NCBI GenBank assembly: GCA_024275095.1
Contig: JAJRZV010000047.1
Span: 159-64,158, forward strand
Direction: 5' to 3'
From: a bacterium
GTDB lineage: Bacteria; JAJRZV01
DNA: 64,000 nt
Part shown: one piece after another, positions 50,561 to 60,854 of the stretch
Position numbering within the stretch: the first letter of the stretch is position 1
Layout: every line of letters starts with the position of its first letter
Translations under genes and position numbers: made by a program
The notes under the pieces: generated by a model
Databases searched by the model: none
What the model was told of the DNA's origin: nothing
What the model saw: only the letters and a program-made list of their open reading frames with translations

Positions 50561-51132
50561 TTTTTCATAATCCCTTCCAGAAGATATTTTGAAAGAGTGA
50601 GCATTCCTTTTTTGATCTTCTTGCTTCTCTTTGAGATTAAATACCTTATGGCAATCTCGTTTAAAGCGGTGATTATGGCAATGGATAGGAGGTCAATCTC
50701 TTCCACCTGAAAAATCCCTCTGTCTACACCTTTTAAGAACAATTGCCTGAGCATATTCACTTCTTCTTTTTCAAACACAGCCATCACGTCTCTGACGAAC
50801 TCAAGGCTTGACTCCAGCGCTGAGGAAGTAACGCCCCTGTGGGATAGATGTTTTTCAATTGTGTTCAGCATAATTTCTGGAAGTTTTTTTATCGCTTCAA
50901 CCGGGTCTTCAATTTCATTCAACATCCCCTTAATCTCTTTCAAAATTTCTTCGCCGTCTTTTTTCACAGCCTCACGGAACAATTCTTTTTTGTTTTTGAA
51001 ATAATAGAAAATGCCCGCATCCTTTATCCCTACTTCCTCAGCAACGTCTTTTAAAGTAACCCTCCGGTAACCGTGACGTGCGAGAAGTTTCGCAGCACTC
51101 TCCAGTATTACTTCTCTCGTGTTTTTACCCAT
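50557..51132 (-). CDS. TetR/AcrR family regulator
   Basis: ILESAAKLLARHGY..VTLKDVAEEVGIKDAGIFYYFKNKKEL. Confidence 0.92.
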   Translation of the reverse strand: MGKNTREVILESAAKLLARHGYRRVTLKDVAEEVGIKDAGIFYYFKNKKELFREAVKKDGEEILKEIKGMLNEIEDPVEAIKKLPEIMLNTIEKHLSHRGVTSSALESSLEFVRDVMAVFEKEEVNMLRQLFLKGVDRGIFQVEEIDLLSIAIITALNEIAIRYLISKRSKKIKKGMLTLSKYLLEGIMKK

Positions 51133-51173
51133 TTTAGGTTTCTAAAAATAAATTAAAAAATTAAAATTGTCAA
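51132..51173 (-). promoter_or_regulatory. Sigma-70 promoter, near-leaderless, with possible TetR operator
   Basis: TTGACA (51173-51168), 17 nt, TATTTT (51150-51145); palindrome TTTTAG-N4-CTAAAA 51132-51147. Confidence 0.55.
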
Positions 51174-51631
51174 GCTTTTCCCAATTCCCCTGGATTCCAC
51201 TATAAAAAATTTTTACCCGCGCAAGCAGATAAGCAGAAGAAAAAATAAATCTTCATCCCTTCATTTCTGTAAGCACCTCTCCTCCCCTTGCCTTTTTCAA
51301 ATTACCTGATTTAGTACCTCTCACAGATATGAATAAGAACTCTTTTCCTTATGACAGGATTTTGCCTTGTCCCAACAAAAAGCGAAACATTTTTTCTGAA
51401 AAATATGAAAGACCTTCTTCTCATGTGTGCATCTCCTGGATCGATATTTTATATCCCGTAACAGAGGTGATCTTCTATCTCTGCTTCGAGAGACCCTGAA
51501 CCTCATCGGAAAGTCTCACTTATCGAATGTTTCGGTTTGGGTGGGGCAATACATTCAATTGATATTACTTACAGAATTCTCTACAATTCTTTCCTGGCAA
51601 CTCGCTAAAAAACATAACCAAACAGGGCAAT

Positions 51632-54589
51632 ATCATTAATAAGGAACTTTTCAAAAAGACCGGTATACTTCTCATCGGTTCCTTCACGGCAGTCTCTACA
51701 CTTATTGTGGGAAGAATCGCCGGATATACACTCTTTCTCTCCAGATATAACATCGAAATGCTCCCCTATCTTTACCTTGGCATAGCCGTTTTAATGGGCA
51801 GCATATCTTATTTTTACTCTCACGCCATTAAGAAGTTTCGATTCAACGTCATCTTTGCTGTTATGGGAGTGGGTATTGCCGCTGTTACCTTGGGGTTGTA
51901 CTTCCTGGTGAACTCAGGAAAGTGGATATTTCCTGTTATTTATCTGTGGAATGAAATTGCCGGCGGATACCTGGTAATCCTTTTCTGGACCATCGCCAAC
52001 GACATGGTCACCTCACAGGAAGCAAAAAAAATTTTTCCTGTAGTCGCCGGTGGAGGTGTTATCGCGAATCTTTTCTGGGGTGGACTGATAAAAGCCTTTG
52101 CACACGAAATTGGTACTGAAAACCTGCTTTTTATCGTGGCAGCGAATGCTGTCGCATTTGTTACTATTATGGGCGGTAAAATACCACCTGCCGGTACAGG
52201 ACAAGTGTCAGCACCGGAAAAGGCTGAAAGTGAATCACCTGCTTTATATACGCTCCTGTTTCTGGGACTCGTTATATTAACAAACCTGCTTTCAACAACA
52301 ATCGACTATGAATTCAAGGTTGAAATCAGGAAAGTTTATACAGAAGCTGAGCTCGCGTCTTTCCTGGGCATGTATACACTCGGGCTTGGGATGGTCTCAT
52401 TTGTGCTCCAGTTTTTTATCGCGGGTAAAATCTTAAACAATCTTGGAATGTTTTTTTCTTTAATGATTCTTCCCGTATCACTTCTATCGGGAACGTTGCT
52501 ATATACCCTCATGCCTTCGCTTGCGATTATTGTGGGTTTAAAATTTAACGAACAGGCTTTCAGGTACAGCATCCACCAGCCATCATCACAGCTTTTATTT
52601 TTACCTTATAACCAGCAATTGAGAAGGCGTCTGATCGCCCTTATGGAAGGTTTCGTAAAACCTCTTGCTATTGGAGCCGGGGGTGTGCTTGCAATTTTCC
52701 TCAAGAGCAATGTTATTCCCGTGTCCATAGCTCTCTGCCTCATGTGGATATTTCTTACCATAATTATCAAAAAAGAATACGTTCAATTCCTTTATCTTCA
52801 GTTGCGCACCGGCAAACTCGATCTTGCTACTCCATTTACTGTGAACCTTGATCTATCCACCAAAATGTTTCTTGTGGATTCCATCTCTTCCATGAACGAA
52901 AAACAAAAAATCTATGTGCTTGAACTTCTCCAGAACACTGACAGAGAGTTGCTTGTTGAAGCCGTACAAAAGAGTGTTCCAGGTGCCTCTCCCGCATTGA
53001 AAGTAAAAATATTCTCTATTATTCGCAAAAACAAACTACACGAGTTTCTCAACATCGTAGAAGAGCACATTCACAGCGCTCATCCTGAATTGCAAAAAGA
53101 GGCGCTCATTTCACTCGCCATCCTGGATCCAGAAAAAGCGATGCCCCAAATAAAAGAAATGGTTCACTCAGATGAATATTACATAAAAAGTGCCGCAGTA
53201 GCTGGTCTCCTTTATCACAGGGCAGAAAAAGACGCCGAAAAAATTCTCAGCAAGATGCTTGCTTCAGATAACATCGAAGAAAAAATTGAAGGATTGGACG
53301 CAATTGAGAAAGCAGAAAGGAAAGACCTGTGGCAACACGTGAAAATGACTCTACATTCAGACTCCGTTGAAGTCTTGAAAAAGGCCGTCAGAACATCCGG
53401 AATCCTTAAAAGCAAAGAGCTCGTTCCTTTTCTTCTCAATTTTCTGGGAAACCGCAAATTGAGAACAGATGTAGTGGAAGCACTCGCTGCCTATGGAGAT
53501 GAAGTTATACCATTCCTCAAGGACAAGGTTTACGCTGCTCCTCACTCACGACTGTCTCTCACAGTACCCCGGGTTCTTAACAAAATCAAGACTCCCTACT
53601 CTGCTGACGCCCTGCTCTTCTGCCTGGAGCAACCTGAACACTATCTTCAGCTCAGGGCATCAAGAGTGCTGTCGAAATTACTTGTTAAATCCCTGGGAAA
53701 ATCTCTCGCAAGAGCAGACATAACAACCCTTCTGGAAAGAGAAATTCTATATCGCGAGAACCTTCGTAAAGTTCAAAAAGCAATTATTGAAAACGAAGAC
53801 AAATTTGTTTTTAAAAGCATTCAAGAAGTAATAGAAGAAATCGAGGAAAAAATTTTCAGAATCCTTGCTCTTGCATTTCCATATCATATAGTAATGACAT
53901 CCTTTAATCATTTAAAAAGCTGCAACAAACGCGTACGCTCGCATGCTTATGAAATGCTTGAGAGCATTCTGGATAGAAAAACAAAAAAGGTGCTCTCTCC
54001 TTTCCTCACAGAGACGCCTTATCGTTACCCGGCTCTTTCCTCAGATGAGATCGTTATTATTCTTTCAGGTAATGGAAATTACTGGTTGCAAAAAGTCTCT
54101 GATTATTATACCAATGAAAGAATCATGAAAAACAAAGATTCAAAAAAGCAAAACTCTCAGGAAGAAGTCCTGAATATCCTGGAAAAGGTGATGTATTTGA
54201 AAGGGGTGTCCATTTTTTCAGAAATTCACGGAGAGTCGCTGTACGAAATCGCCCAGGTCACCGAAGACGTTTATTTCAAAAAAGGGGAACTCATCTTTAA
54301 CGAAGGTGAACCCGGTGATTGTTTGTACCTGATAGTCAAAGGAAAAGTCAGGGTACACAAAGGCGACGTAGAACTTGCCATCCTCGGCGAAGGTGAATGT
54401 TTTGGTGAAATGGCGATCCTGGATAATGAGCCACGCTCGGCCTCTATCACAGCACTTGAAGATTTGCATTTACTGAAAATCAACCAGGATGATTTCTACG
54501 ATATTCTCTACGACCGCACGGAAATTGCACGCGGCATATTCAGGGTCTTAACCCAGAGGCTACGAAATGTCATTGGAACCAGAGCCTGA
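51632..54589 (+). CDS. Npt1/Npt2 (NTT)-like MFS transporter fused to HEAT repeats and a cyclic-nucleotide-binding domain
   Basis: LFLSRY..EMLPYLY, FWTIAND...EAKKIF, IDYEFK, RYSI; HEAT region; [30 protein letters not shown]; start uncertain (first canonical start is GTG 51707). Confidence 0.85.
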   Translation: MINKELFKKTGILLIGSFTAVSTLIVGRIAGYTLFLSRYNIEMLPYLYLGIAVLMGSISYFYSHAIKKFRFNVIFAVMGVGIAAVTLGLYFLVNSGKWIFPVIYLWNEIAGGYLVILFWTIANDMVTSQEAKKIFPVVAGGGVIANLFWGGLIKAFAHEIGTENLLFIVAANAVAFVTIMGGKIPPAGTGQVSAPEKAESESPALYTLLFLGLVILTNLLSTTIDYEFKVEIRKVYTEAELASFLGMYTLGLGMVSFVLQFFIAGKILNNLGMFFSLMILPVSLLSGTLLYTLMPSLAIIVGLKFNEQAFRYSIHQPSSQLLFLPYNQQLRRRLIALMEGFVKPLAIGAGGVLAIFLKSNVIPVSIALCLMWIFLTIIIKKEYVQFLYLQLRTGKLDLATPFTVNLDLSTKMFLVDSISSMNEKQKIYVLELLQNTDRELLVEAVQKSVPGASPALKVKIFSIIRKNKLHEFLNIVEEHIHSAHPELQKEALISLAILDPEKAMPQIKEMVHSDEYYIKSAAVAGLLYHRAEKDAEKILSKMLASDNIEEKIEGLDAIEKAERKDLWQHVKMTLHSDSVEVLKKAVRTSGILKSKELVPFLLNFLGNRKLRTDVVEALAAYGDEVIPFLKDKVYAAPHSRLSLTVPRVLNKIKTPYSADALLFCLEQPEHYLQLRASRVLSKLLVKSLGKSLARADITTLLEREILYRENLRKVQKAIIENEDKFVFKSIQEVIEEIEEKIFRILALAFPYHIVMTSFNHLKSCNKRVRSHAYEMLESILDRKTKKVLSPFLTETPYRYPALSSDEIVIILSGNGNYWLQKVSDYYTNERIMKNKDSKKQNSQEEVLNILEKVMYLKGVSIFSEIHGESLYEIAQVTEDVYFKKGELIFNEGEPGDCLYLIVKGKVRVHKGDVELAILGEGECFGEMAILDNEPRSASITALEDLHLLKINQDDFYDILYDRTEIARGIFRVLTQRLRNVIGTRA

Positions 54590-54628
54590 ACTCTCCCACC
54601 CAGAGGAATCAACAATTGAATGGAACTT

Positions 54629-54703
54629 TGGAGCGGGAAACGGGATTCGAACCCGCGACTTCCGCCATGGCAAGGCGGCGCTCTACCGCTGAGCTATTCC
54701 CGC
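54629..54703 (-). tRNA. tRNA-Gly(GCC)
   Basis: GCGGGAATAGCTCAGCGGTAGAGC-GCCGCC-TTGCCAT-GGCGG..GGTTCGAATCCCGTTTCCCGCTCCA; CCA encoded. Confidence 0.97.
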
Positions 54704-54775
54704 TCACCTTTCAGATCCAGCATTAGTATAATGAGACCTCTTGTTAAGTTCAACCCTTCAAATTTGCCTCAACAC

Positions 54776-55417
54776 TCAACCATCAGAAAACACGCGCCTG
54801 AGCACTTCGCGCCGTATGCGTGCATACTTGATGATGTAATCTGTACCAGAAATCCAGGTGAGCAAAAGTGCCACATACAGGCAAATGAGCCCTATCAAAT
54901 GGACAGGAATACCCCAGAGAGGATGGTGCATAATGAGCATAACAAACGCAACATTCTGAGTAACAGTTTTTGTCTTACCCAGTGAAGAAGCTGCTATTAC
55001 CACTCCTTGAGTGGTGGCAATACCGCGGATACCGGTAATAATAACTTCTCTCAACACTATAAGAGCAATAACCCAAGCAGGGGCACGGTCCAGGGGAATT
55101 AACATAATAGCCGTTGTTGTTACAAGGGCCTTATCAGCGATTGGATCCAGAAGCTTGCCCAGATCAGTAACAAGATTGTATCTTCGGGCTATAACGCCAT
55201 CCACTGTATCCGATACGGCCACTATAAAATAAATGAAAGCGGTTATATAGCTGAGCGTATAATCCGTTTTCTTTCCCGTGTAGTGATGAATAAGAATAAG
55301 CAATATCATAATTACAGCCACCGCTCCCATGCGAAACACCGTGATAATATTCGGCGCTGTCCAGAACTTTTGGGTCGATGTGTCAGACCTTTTATCAGGT
55401 GCTTCCATAAAATTCAC
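54776..55417 (-). CDS. pgsA: CDP-diacylglycerol--glycerol-3-phosphate 3-phosphatidyltransferase
   Basis: PNIITVFR, DTVDGVIARRY..TDLGKLLDPIADK, ASSLGKTKT; upstream of tRNA-Gly. Confidence 0.93.
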   Translation of the reverse strand: MNFMEAPDKRSDTSTQKFWTAPNIITVFRMGAVAVIMILLILIHHYTGKKTDYTLSYITAFIYFIVAVSDTVDGVIARRYNLVTDLGKLLDPIADKALVTTTAIMLIPLDRAPAWVIALIVLREVIITGIRGIATTQGVVIAASSLGKTKTVTQNVAFVMLIMHHPLWGIPVHLIGLICLYVALLLTWISGTDYIIKYARIRREVLRRVFSDG

Positions 55418-57147
55418 TTCTTGAGGAAAAGATAACCTTCACCCCTTAGAGAAATAAAAACCTTTTCTCCTTCTTTTGATAAAGATGGAACAAATCTGCC
55501 TTTCCACCCAATAATTCGTTCCAGCGGTACAGACATGGGGTCATCCGGATCAACATTTTCAATCTTGATGACACTGGATTTTTCCGCCCGGAATATTACG
55601 TAACCAAATCCCTGAAATCGAACCATGTTGATTTCCCGATCGCCGCCTGCGAGCTTACCATTCTCCCAGCCCAAAGTATCCGAGAAGCCAAGCACATAAT
55701 TTTCAATAATAAAAAGTTCATCGCCCTTTACCTCTACCTCGAAGGGTTCACTAATACCGACAAGGTCAACAGAGATGCTCCCTGTACCATAAAGCTTGCT
55801 GATGGGATCGTTTTTGGGTCCAAAAGAGGATTTGAGTTCTTTGCCACGGTACCTTTTACGCACATCTTCAAGCTTAACACTTCCCTTCATGAGTAAAATA
55901 TCGCGCGAGCGAATGTAAAAACCTCGATCAAGTAACTTCAAATGCATATTACCATCACGGTAAGTATGAACTTTTTCTATCTGCACAGGTGTTGAAGATA
56001 CGGGTACCTCGTGCTTTTCTTGGGTTTCAGCCTTTTCTTCCTGTTCAGCCTGTACGGTCTGGGTAGAAACAGGGGTCTCTTCGACTTTTTCCTCATGTTC
56101 AGCCCCTGTCGGTGTTTCCTGTGCGTACAATTCCTCTTCCCCTTTCTCCTCTTCTTCTTTTTCTTCTTCAGGTTTTTCTTTAATCTCTTCCTCTTCCCTT
56201 TCTACTTCTTCTTTCGCTTCTGCAGAAGGTTCACTCACCTGCTCCGCCTTCTCTTCACTTTCACCAACACGTTCTTCCACATCGGACCCTTCGGCAGGTG
56301 GAACTTCAGAAAGTGGTACAAAACCCGGAAGAACATCCTCCTGAACCGGCTCCTCTACCGCTTCAGATGGTTCCGAAACAGCTTTCTCTTTGTCCGTTTC
56401 TTCCACTCTTTCAGAATCTCCAGCGACTCCCTCTATTTCTTCTTCTGGTTTCACGTCCGCCCGAGCTTCTTCCTTCTCTGGCGAAGCCGCCTCCATTTCC
56501 TCTGATCTCTCCTCTTCACCACTCGCCTCTGGTGTCTGCTCAGGAGCCACAGGTCTCGAGGGTGCTTCTTCTTGTTCTTCAATTTCCTCTTCTTCCCGGG
56601 AAGCAGGAACCTCACCGGTCGATGTCTCACCAGGGGGCAACTCCTCCACCTCACCCTCAACAGAAGAAATTTTCGTTTCCTTACCTCCGAGTTCCTCCTC
56701 AATTTTATGGATCATTTTCTCAGCCCTTCCCTTTCTGAACTCCTCGAGAGCCTCCTCAAGTCTGCCAAGATTATAAAGAGCGTATCCAAGATAGTTGTGA
56801 GCCTTTTCGTTGCTTTCATCGAGGATAACAGCTTCACGAAGAACCTCTGTGGCTTCATCGTATTCGCCAAGTTTCAAATAAGCGAGTCCCAAATTGATGC
56901 GCAGGCTGTTAATATTGGGATTGCGACGTAACAGTTGCCTGAAAATTTTTACGGCTTTCTCATAATCTTCAATTTTGAAATATATCATCCCAAGAAGATT
57001 CAAAGCACGGTCATCTCCCGGCTTCACTTCAAGAGCCAGTTCCACCTCCTCCCGGGCAGAGATAAAGTCACCGTCTTTAAGGAAACCTCTTGCCCGTTCA
57101 AAGTGATACTGGAACTTTTCTTCCATTTCCTGAATAATATCAGCCAC
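55414..57147 (-). CDS. TPR protein with Glu-rich linker and C-terminal AIM24-like domain
   Basis: TPRs (ALNLLGMIYFK, INLGLAYLK, HNYLGYAL), about 230 aa acidic low-complexity segment, WENG..V.F.G.G repeats. Confidence 0.78.
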   Translation of the reverse strand: MADIIQEMEEKFQYHFERARGFLKDGDFISAREEVELALEVKPGDDRALNLLGMIYFKIEDYEKAVKIFRQLLRRNPNINSLRINLGLAYLKLGEYDEATEVLREAVILDESNEKAHNYLGYALYNLGRLEEALEEFRKGRAEKMIHKIEEELGGKETKISSVEGEVEELPPGETSTGEVPASREEEEIEEQEEAPSRPVAPEQTPEASGEEERSEEMEAASPEKEEARADVKPEEEIEGVAGDSERVEETDKEKAVSEPSEAVEEPVQEDVLPGFVPLSEVPPAEGSDVEERVGESEEKAEQVSEPSAEAKEEVEREEEEIKEKPEEEKEEEEKGEEELYAQETPTGAEHEEKVEETPVSTQTVQAEQEEKAETQEKHEVPVSSTPVQIEKVHTYRDGNMHLKLLDRGFYIRSRDILLMKGSVKLEDVRKRYRGKELKSSFGPKNDPISKLYGTGSISVDLVGISEPFEVEVKGDELFIIENYVLGFSDTLGWENGKLAGGDREINMVRFQGFGYVIFRAEKSSVIKIENVDPDDPMSVPLERIIGWKGRFVPSLSKEGEKVFISLRGEGYLFLKK

Positions 57148-57736
57148 CGCAAAAACCTCTCTTATGTTGTCTTTTCATTATCTTAAAACTCTCATATTTT
57201 TTCAAAATTTTCTTTATGTACATCTGCGTCGTCAAAATGTCAGGGACACCACCATTTTTCTGTACATTATATTCTCCTGCATGATAGGCAGCCAGTGCCA
57301 CCGTAAGTACCTGATACCGATCGATTAGTTGCCTCAAATATCGCGCACCATAATAAAGATTCTTGTAAGGATGAAAAGGGTCGTCAAGCCCGAGCTTTAC
57401 CGCTGTTGACGGCATAATCTGCATGAGCCCCATAGCACCCGCAGGTGATACTGCTCCGGGATCGTAAGCAGATTCTACCTCTACAACCGCGCGCAGGAGT
57501 AATGGATCAAGGCCTGTCTGGCGCGCCACCTTGCAAATAAGTTGAAGGATTACCTTCCGCTGGTAGTGTTTTTTGGATGACCGTGAGCGCCATCTCAACC
57601 ATCCACTGGAGTCGGGAATGTTCGTAAACACATATGTGCCATCTTTAGCTTTTTGAAAATAAATCTCGCCACTGTTTGCAGAAAATGCCAGAAGCAGACA
57701 AAATGCCCATATGAACTTAAAAAAACGAAGTAATAA
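57140..57736 (-). CDS. Lytic transglycosylase (SLT domain); start unresolved, frame continues through tRNA-Leu to ATG 57829
   Basis: AVVEVES, AVSPAGAMGLMQIMP.T, LAAYHAG; N-terminal DGTYVFTNIP after a signal-like segment. Confidence 0.88.
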   Translation of the reverse strand, partial: LLLRFFKFIWAFCLLLAFSANSGEIYFQKAKDGTYVFTNIPDSSGWLRWRSRSSKKHYQRKVILQLICKVARQTGLDPLLLRAVVEVESAYDPGAVSPAGAMGLMQIMPSTAVKLGLDDPFHPYKNLYYGARYLRQLIDRYQVLTVALAAYHAGEYNVQKNGGVPDILTTQMYIKKILKKYESFKIMKRQHKRGFCGG

Positions 57737-57823
57737 TGCCCGGGGCCGGACTTGAACCGGCACTCCGCCAGGAGCGGAAGGGGATTTTAAGTCCCCTGCG
57801 TCTACCAATTCCGCCACCCGGGC
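57737..57823 (-). tRNA. tRNA-Leu(TAA)
   Basis: GCCCGGGTGGCGGAATTGGTAGACGCA-GGGGA-CTTAAAA-TCCCC, long variable arm, GGTTCAAGTCCGGCCCCGGGCA; CCA not encoded. Confidence 0.96.
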
Positions 57824-57972
57824 GCTCATAGACTAATTCTAACAGTGTCCAAACGCTCAGTGCCACAGTAAGACTCCAATTTTTCAAAAGGTCTGTGTAT
57901 TTTTTTACGCGACCTGAATACAAATCTCATTTTCCTGTTAAAATTTAGTTCTTAAAAAATTAATATAGACAC

Positions 57973-59121
57973 ATGGACATGCAGAAAAAGAGGATGTGTT
58001 ATATTGTTTTTTTGTTCTTACTCTCCACGTGTGCACCAGAAGAAGAGGTGCATCCGTTTACCAACGGCACGGATAACAGCCACATCTATTCGGTGAAGGC
58101 ACCTCAAGTGTTTCAACCACTGATAGAACAAAACGAAGATGGGTCATATACAGTGAGCGTGAGTCTGCCTTCTCCGGGCCTTGCATTCCCGGGGGCAAGC
58201 ACCAGGACACTCAGCGGGAAGGCTGAAATAAATGTGCTGTATCTACAAAGTGTCCAGCAACGTACACTTCGCCTCCCCGCCACCCAGATTGTTCACGGCA
58301 CGCTCCTCTATCCAGAAAACACGCGCGTGAGAATTTCAAATTCCGAATTCAGAATATGGGAAGGTAGCAACGAACCATTCCCTTATCTGCAGAAAGGCAA
58401 CTACAGTGTAAAAATCCTGGAGATCAGCAACCTGACCACCAACTCACCGGCTGCGTTAATAGGGTACTCCAGCGGAAGCCGGTATGTAGAATACCTGTGG
58501 ATCATGCGCGATGGTTTTGCGTACCCTGTAGCTCAAATACGACGTGCCAAGAAGCTCGACTTTCACCTTCCGCCCCTGAGGGGCCGATACATTCTCTTTT
58601 CTTCTTCCGACTTTCTCGTAAACTCCTACATCAGGCCTGATACCGTACGTGGTGTATCCAGTGAATTCATGCTGGACGAAGGAGAAAATCCCAAAATCAT
58701 GGTCGAACTTTTCTGGCTCAGACCAATTGACATGGACCTGCACATCCTTCCTTACGGTAACATGCCTTCGGGAGGAGCATACGACTGTTACTTCGGCAAC
58801 ACCCAGACATCATGGGGATGCCAATTTCTCAATATCAACGATGCAGGTTTTGGTGAGAACCGGGGTGGACGGGGCTTTGGTTCGCCCGAGGTAGCAGTAT
58901 TGAACAATACAGTTGATGGATGGTATGTAATTGTTGCCGACGTTTACAACATGCGTGATGCAGTATGGGATATATGTTTTGTCAGCTTAAAGCACCAACA
59001 TGGTCAAACAGTGATATTCTCGCCCGTAACAGCCAACCAGACAATCACAATGGCCAAATTTCATGTAAAAAATGGCCACATTGTAGAAATTATTCCTCTA
59101 AACTCTATTACTGAAGAATAA
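57973..59121 (+). CDS. Hypothetical lipoprotein with YfaP/DUF2135-like C-terminal domain
   Basis: LLSTC lipobox-like; W...DMDLHI.P..CYFGN..D..G.PE motif. Confidence 0.65.
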   Translation: MDMQKKRMCYIVFLFLLSTCAPEEEVHPFTNGTDNSHIYSVKAPQVFQPLIEQNEDGSYTVSVSLPSPGLAFPGASTRTLSGKAEINVLYLQSVQQRTLRLPATQIVHGTLLYPENTRVRISNSEFRIWEGSNEPFPYLQKGNYSVKILEISNLTTNSPAALIGYSSGSRYVEYLWIMRDGFAYPVAQIRRAKKLDFHLPPLRGRYILFSSSDFLVNSYIRPDTVRGVSSEFMLDEGENPKIMVELFWLRPIDMDLHILPYGNMPSGGAYDCYFGNTQTSWGCQFLNINDAGFGENRGGRGFGSPEVAVLNNTVDGWYVIVADVYNMRDAVWDICFVSLKHQHGQTVIFSPVTANQTITMAKFHVKNGHIVEIIPLNSITEE

Positions 59122-59124
59122 CCC

Positions 59125-59814
59125 GTGGCAGGCAAAGCACCTGTATTCGACCCTATCATCAGATGGTACGATACACTCAACTCTGTTTTTTCCTTCGGCA
59201 TAGACCGGCACTGGAGAATGCTCTGCGCGCGAAAAGCTGCAGCGGCAAATGGTCATCTCTTCGTAGATATCGCAAGTGGCACAGGTAAAATGGTACATGC
59301 TTTGAAACAGGCACTTCACCACAGAAGCATCATAGTGGGAGTAGATCCCAGCAGAGCAATGATCGAGTGGGGCATAAAGAAAATGCGTTATGAGACATGT
59401 ACTGAAACACGAGTATTTGCTGTTCAGGGCATTGCTGAAAAAATCCCTCTTGCTTCACACTCGGCTTCAGCGGTTACGTGTGCATTTGGCATGAGAAACT
59501 TTACCCATCTTCGAGGAGGATTGCAGGAGATATACCGAATACTGCGTCCCTGTGGAATATTCTCTGCTGTGGAAATAACATATCCTCACCGCATTTTCAC
59601 AAAAGTGTTTTTCGGGCCTTATTTCAAATATTTTATGCCGCTGGCGGGCAACTTTCTTTCTCAATCACGCTCCTACACATACCTGCGCAATTCTGTAATG
59701 AACTTTCCCTCGAGAGAAGCACTGACAGGAATTTTAAAAGAAGTTGGTTTTAGAAAGGCTGATTATCAGGAACTCACAGGGGGAATTGCCTGTTTGTATT
59801 TCGCAATAAAGTAA
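59125..59814 (+). CDS. ubiE: UbiE/MenG family quinone biosynthesis methyltransferase
   Basis: YDTLNSVFSFGIDRHWR, DIASGTG, AFGMRNF, Y.YL.NSV..FP, LTGGIA. Confidence 0.87.
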   Translation: MAGKAPVFDPIIRWYDTLNSVFSFGIDRHWRMLCARKAAAANGHLFVDIASGTGKMVHALKQALHHRSIIVGVDPSRAMIEWGIKKMRYETCTETRVFAVQGIAEKIPLASHSASAVTCAFGMRNFTHLRGGLQEIYRILRPCGIFSAVEITYPHRIFTKVFFGPYFKYFMPLAGNFLSQSRSYTYLRNSVMNFPSREALTGILKEVGFRKADYQELTGGIACLYFAIK

Positions 59815-59815
59815 A

Positions 59816-60751
59816 TTACGATAAATCCTGTGCGGCTGTCTCATTCATCATGCGCGAAATCACCCGAACTTTTGCTTCCAGATTGAGCATGTAAGGGGTA
59901 CGTGGTTGGGTGGTCTTTTGAGGTGTGTACTCCTCGGCAGCGATAATTTCTACAACACGTTTTTCATCGCCGTAGCGACGCAATAATTTCTCGACCTTTT
60001 CGCGAAAAGCCTCTGTTGCACGAATGCTCTCATTCATATATTCCCGGGCCTTTTTATCACTGATAACACCTCCATGGGCCAGACAGATAAACCTGGGCTG
60101 TAAATCCCGCATGCGGTAAAGAGAGTGGAGATACGCATCATAGCTGGACAAGAACTCGGGCTGAACCTCACCCGTGAGAAAGGGCACACCAACAGCTTCA
60201 CCGGCTGAAAGTGCTTCCAATTCCTCGACAAAATAGGCAACAGAACATTTCGTATGTCCGGGCACATCAAGCACGCGAATGTGAAACCTGCCGGTATCAA
60301 TGATGTCTCCTTCTTTTATTGTTCTGGAGAAAGAAAACGGTTCAAATTGAATATCTGAAGGAAGCGAAATCCCGTAATTCTCCCGTGCCTGAAGAGCGAC
60401 CTCTTCGTTAAGACGGGTTAAAAGATTCACAACCTTTTCTCTTTTTATCAGTTCAGCAGCATATTCCGATCCTCCGGCTTTAAGAGAGGGGATGCGACGC
60501 TTGAAGTACGGAATGCCTCCGCAATGATCATAATGCAGGTGTGTAATGTACACCCATTCCAGAGCCGGAGGGATCCCTAAAAGTTCTTCAAGTTGTTGAA
60601 AAATAAAAGGAGCGGTAAAACTCATGCCGGCATCCAGTAATACCGTAGCATCACCCTGGAAAAGGTACACCGGGGCGAGCATGTTACCCACGGCACGGAA
60701 CCCGTCGGCAATTCGCTCGGGAGGCACGGTAATGTCCCATACATTCTGCAC
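59816..60751 (-). CDS. MBL-fold metallo-hydrolase
   Basis: THLHYDHCGG, PGHT, LAHGG. Confidence 0.9.
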   Translation of the reverse strand: MQNVWDITVPPERIADGFRAVGNMLAPVYLFQGDATVLLDAGMSFTAPFIFQQLEELLGIPPALEWVYITHLHYDHCGGIPYFKRRIPSLKAGGSEYAAELIKREKVVNLLTRLNEEVALQARENYGISLPSDIQFEPFSFSRTIKEGDIIDTGRFHIRVLDVPGHTKCSVAYFVEELEALSAGEAVGVPFLTGEVQPEFLSSYDAYLHSLYRMRDLQPRFICLAHGGVISDKKAREYMNESIRATEAFREKVEKLLRRYGDEKRVVEIIAAEEYTPQKTTQPRTPYMLNLEAKVRVISRMMNETAAQDLS

Positions 60752-60854
60752 GCTTCCTTATTACCAATCCCCCGTGAACTTATCAACAGAATCCCACATC
60801 AACGTTACGAATGAATTGCAACGATACGGCTGCCGGGTGTATATTCTTCAGTCC

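Noticed and set aside
54620-54985. 121-aa plus-strand ORF
   Set aside because: Antisense read of tRNA-Gly ([10 protein letters not shown] pattern) and pgsA
56011-56931. Several F/S/P-rich plus-strand ORFs
   Set aside because: Shadows of the Glu-rich linker on the minus strand
54590-57830. Prophage or integrative element at the tRNAs
   Set aside because: No integrase or duplicated tRNA 3' end seen; the flanking genes are housekeeping
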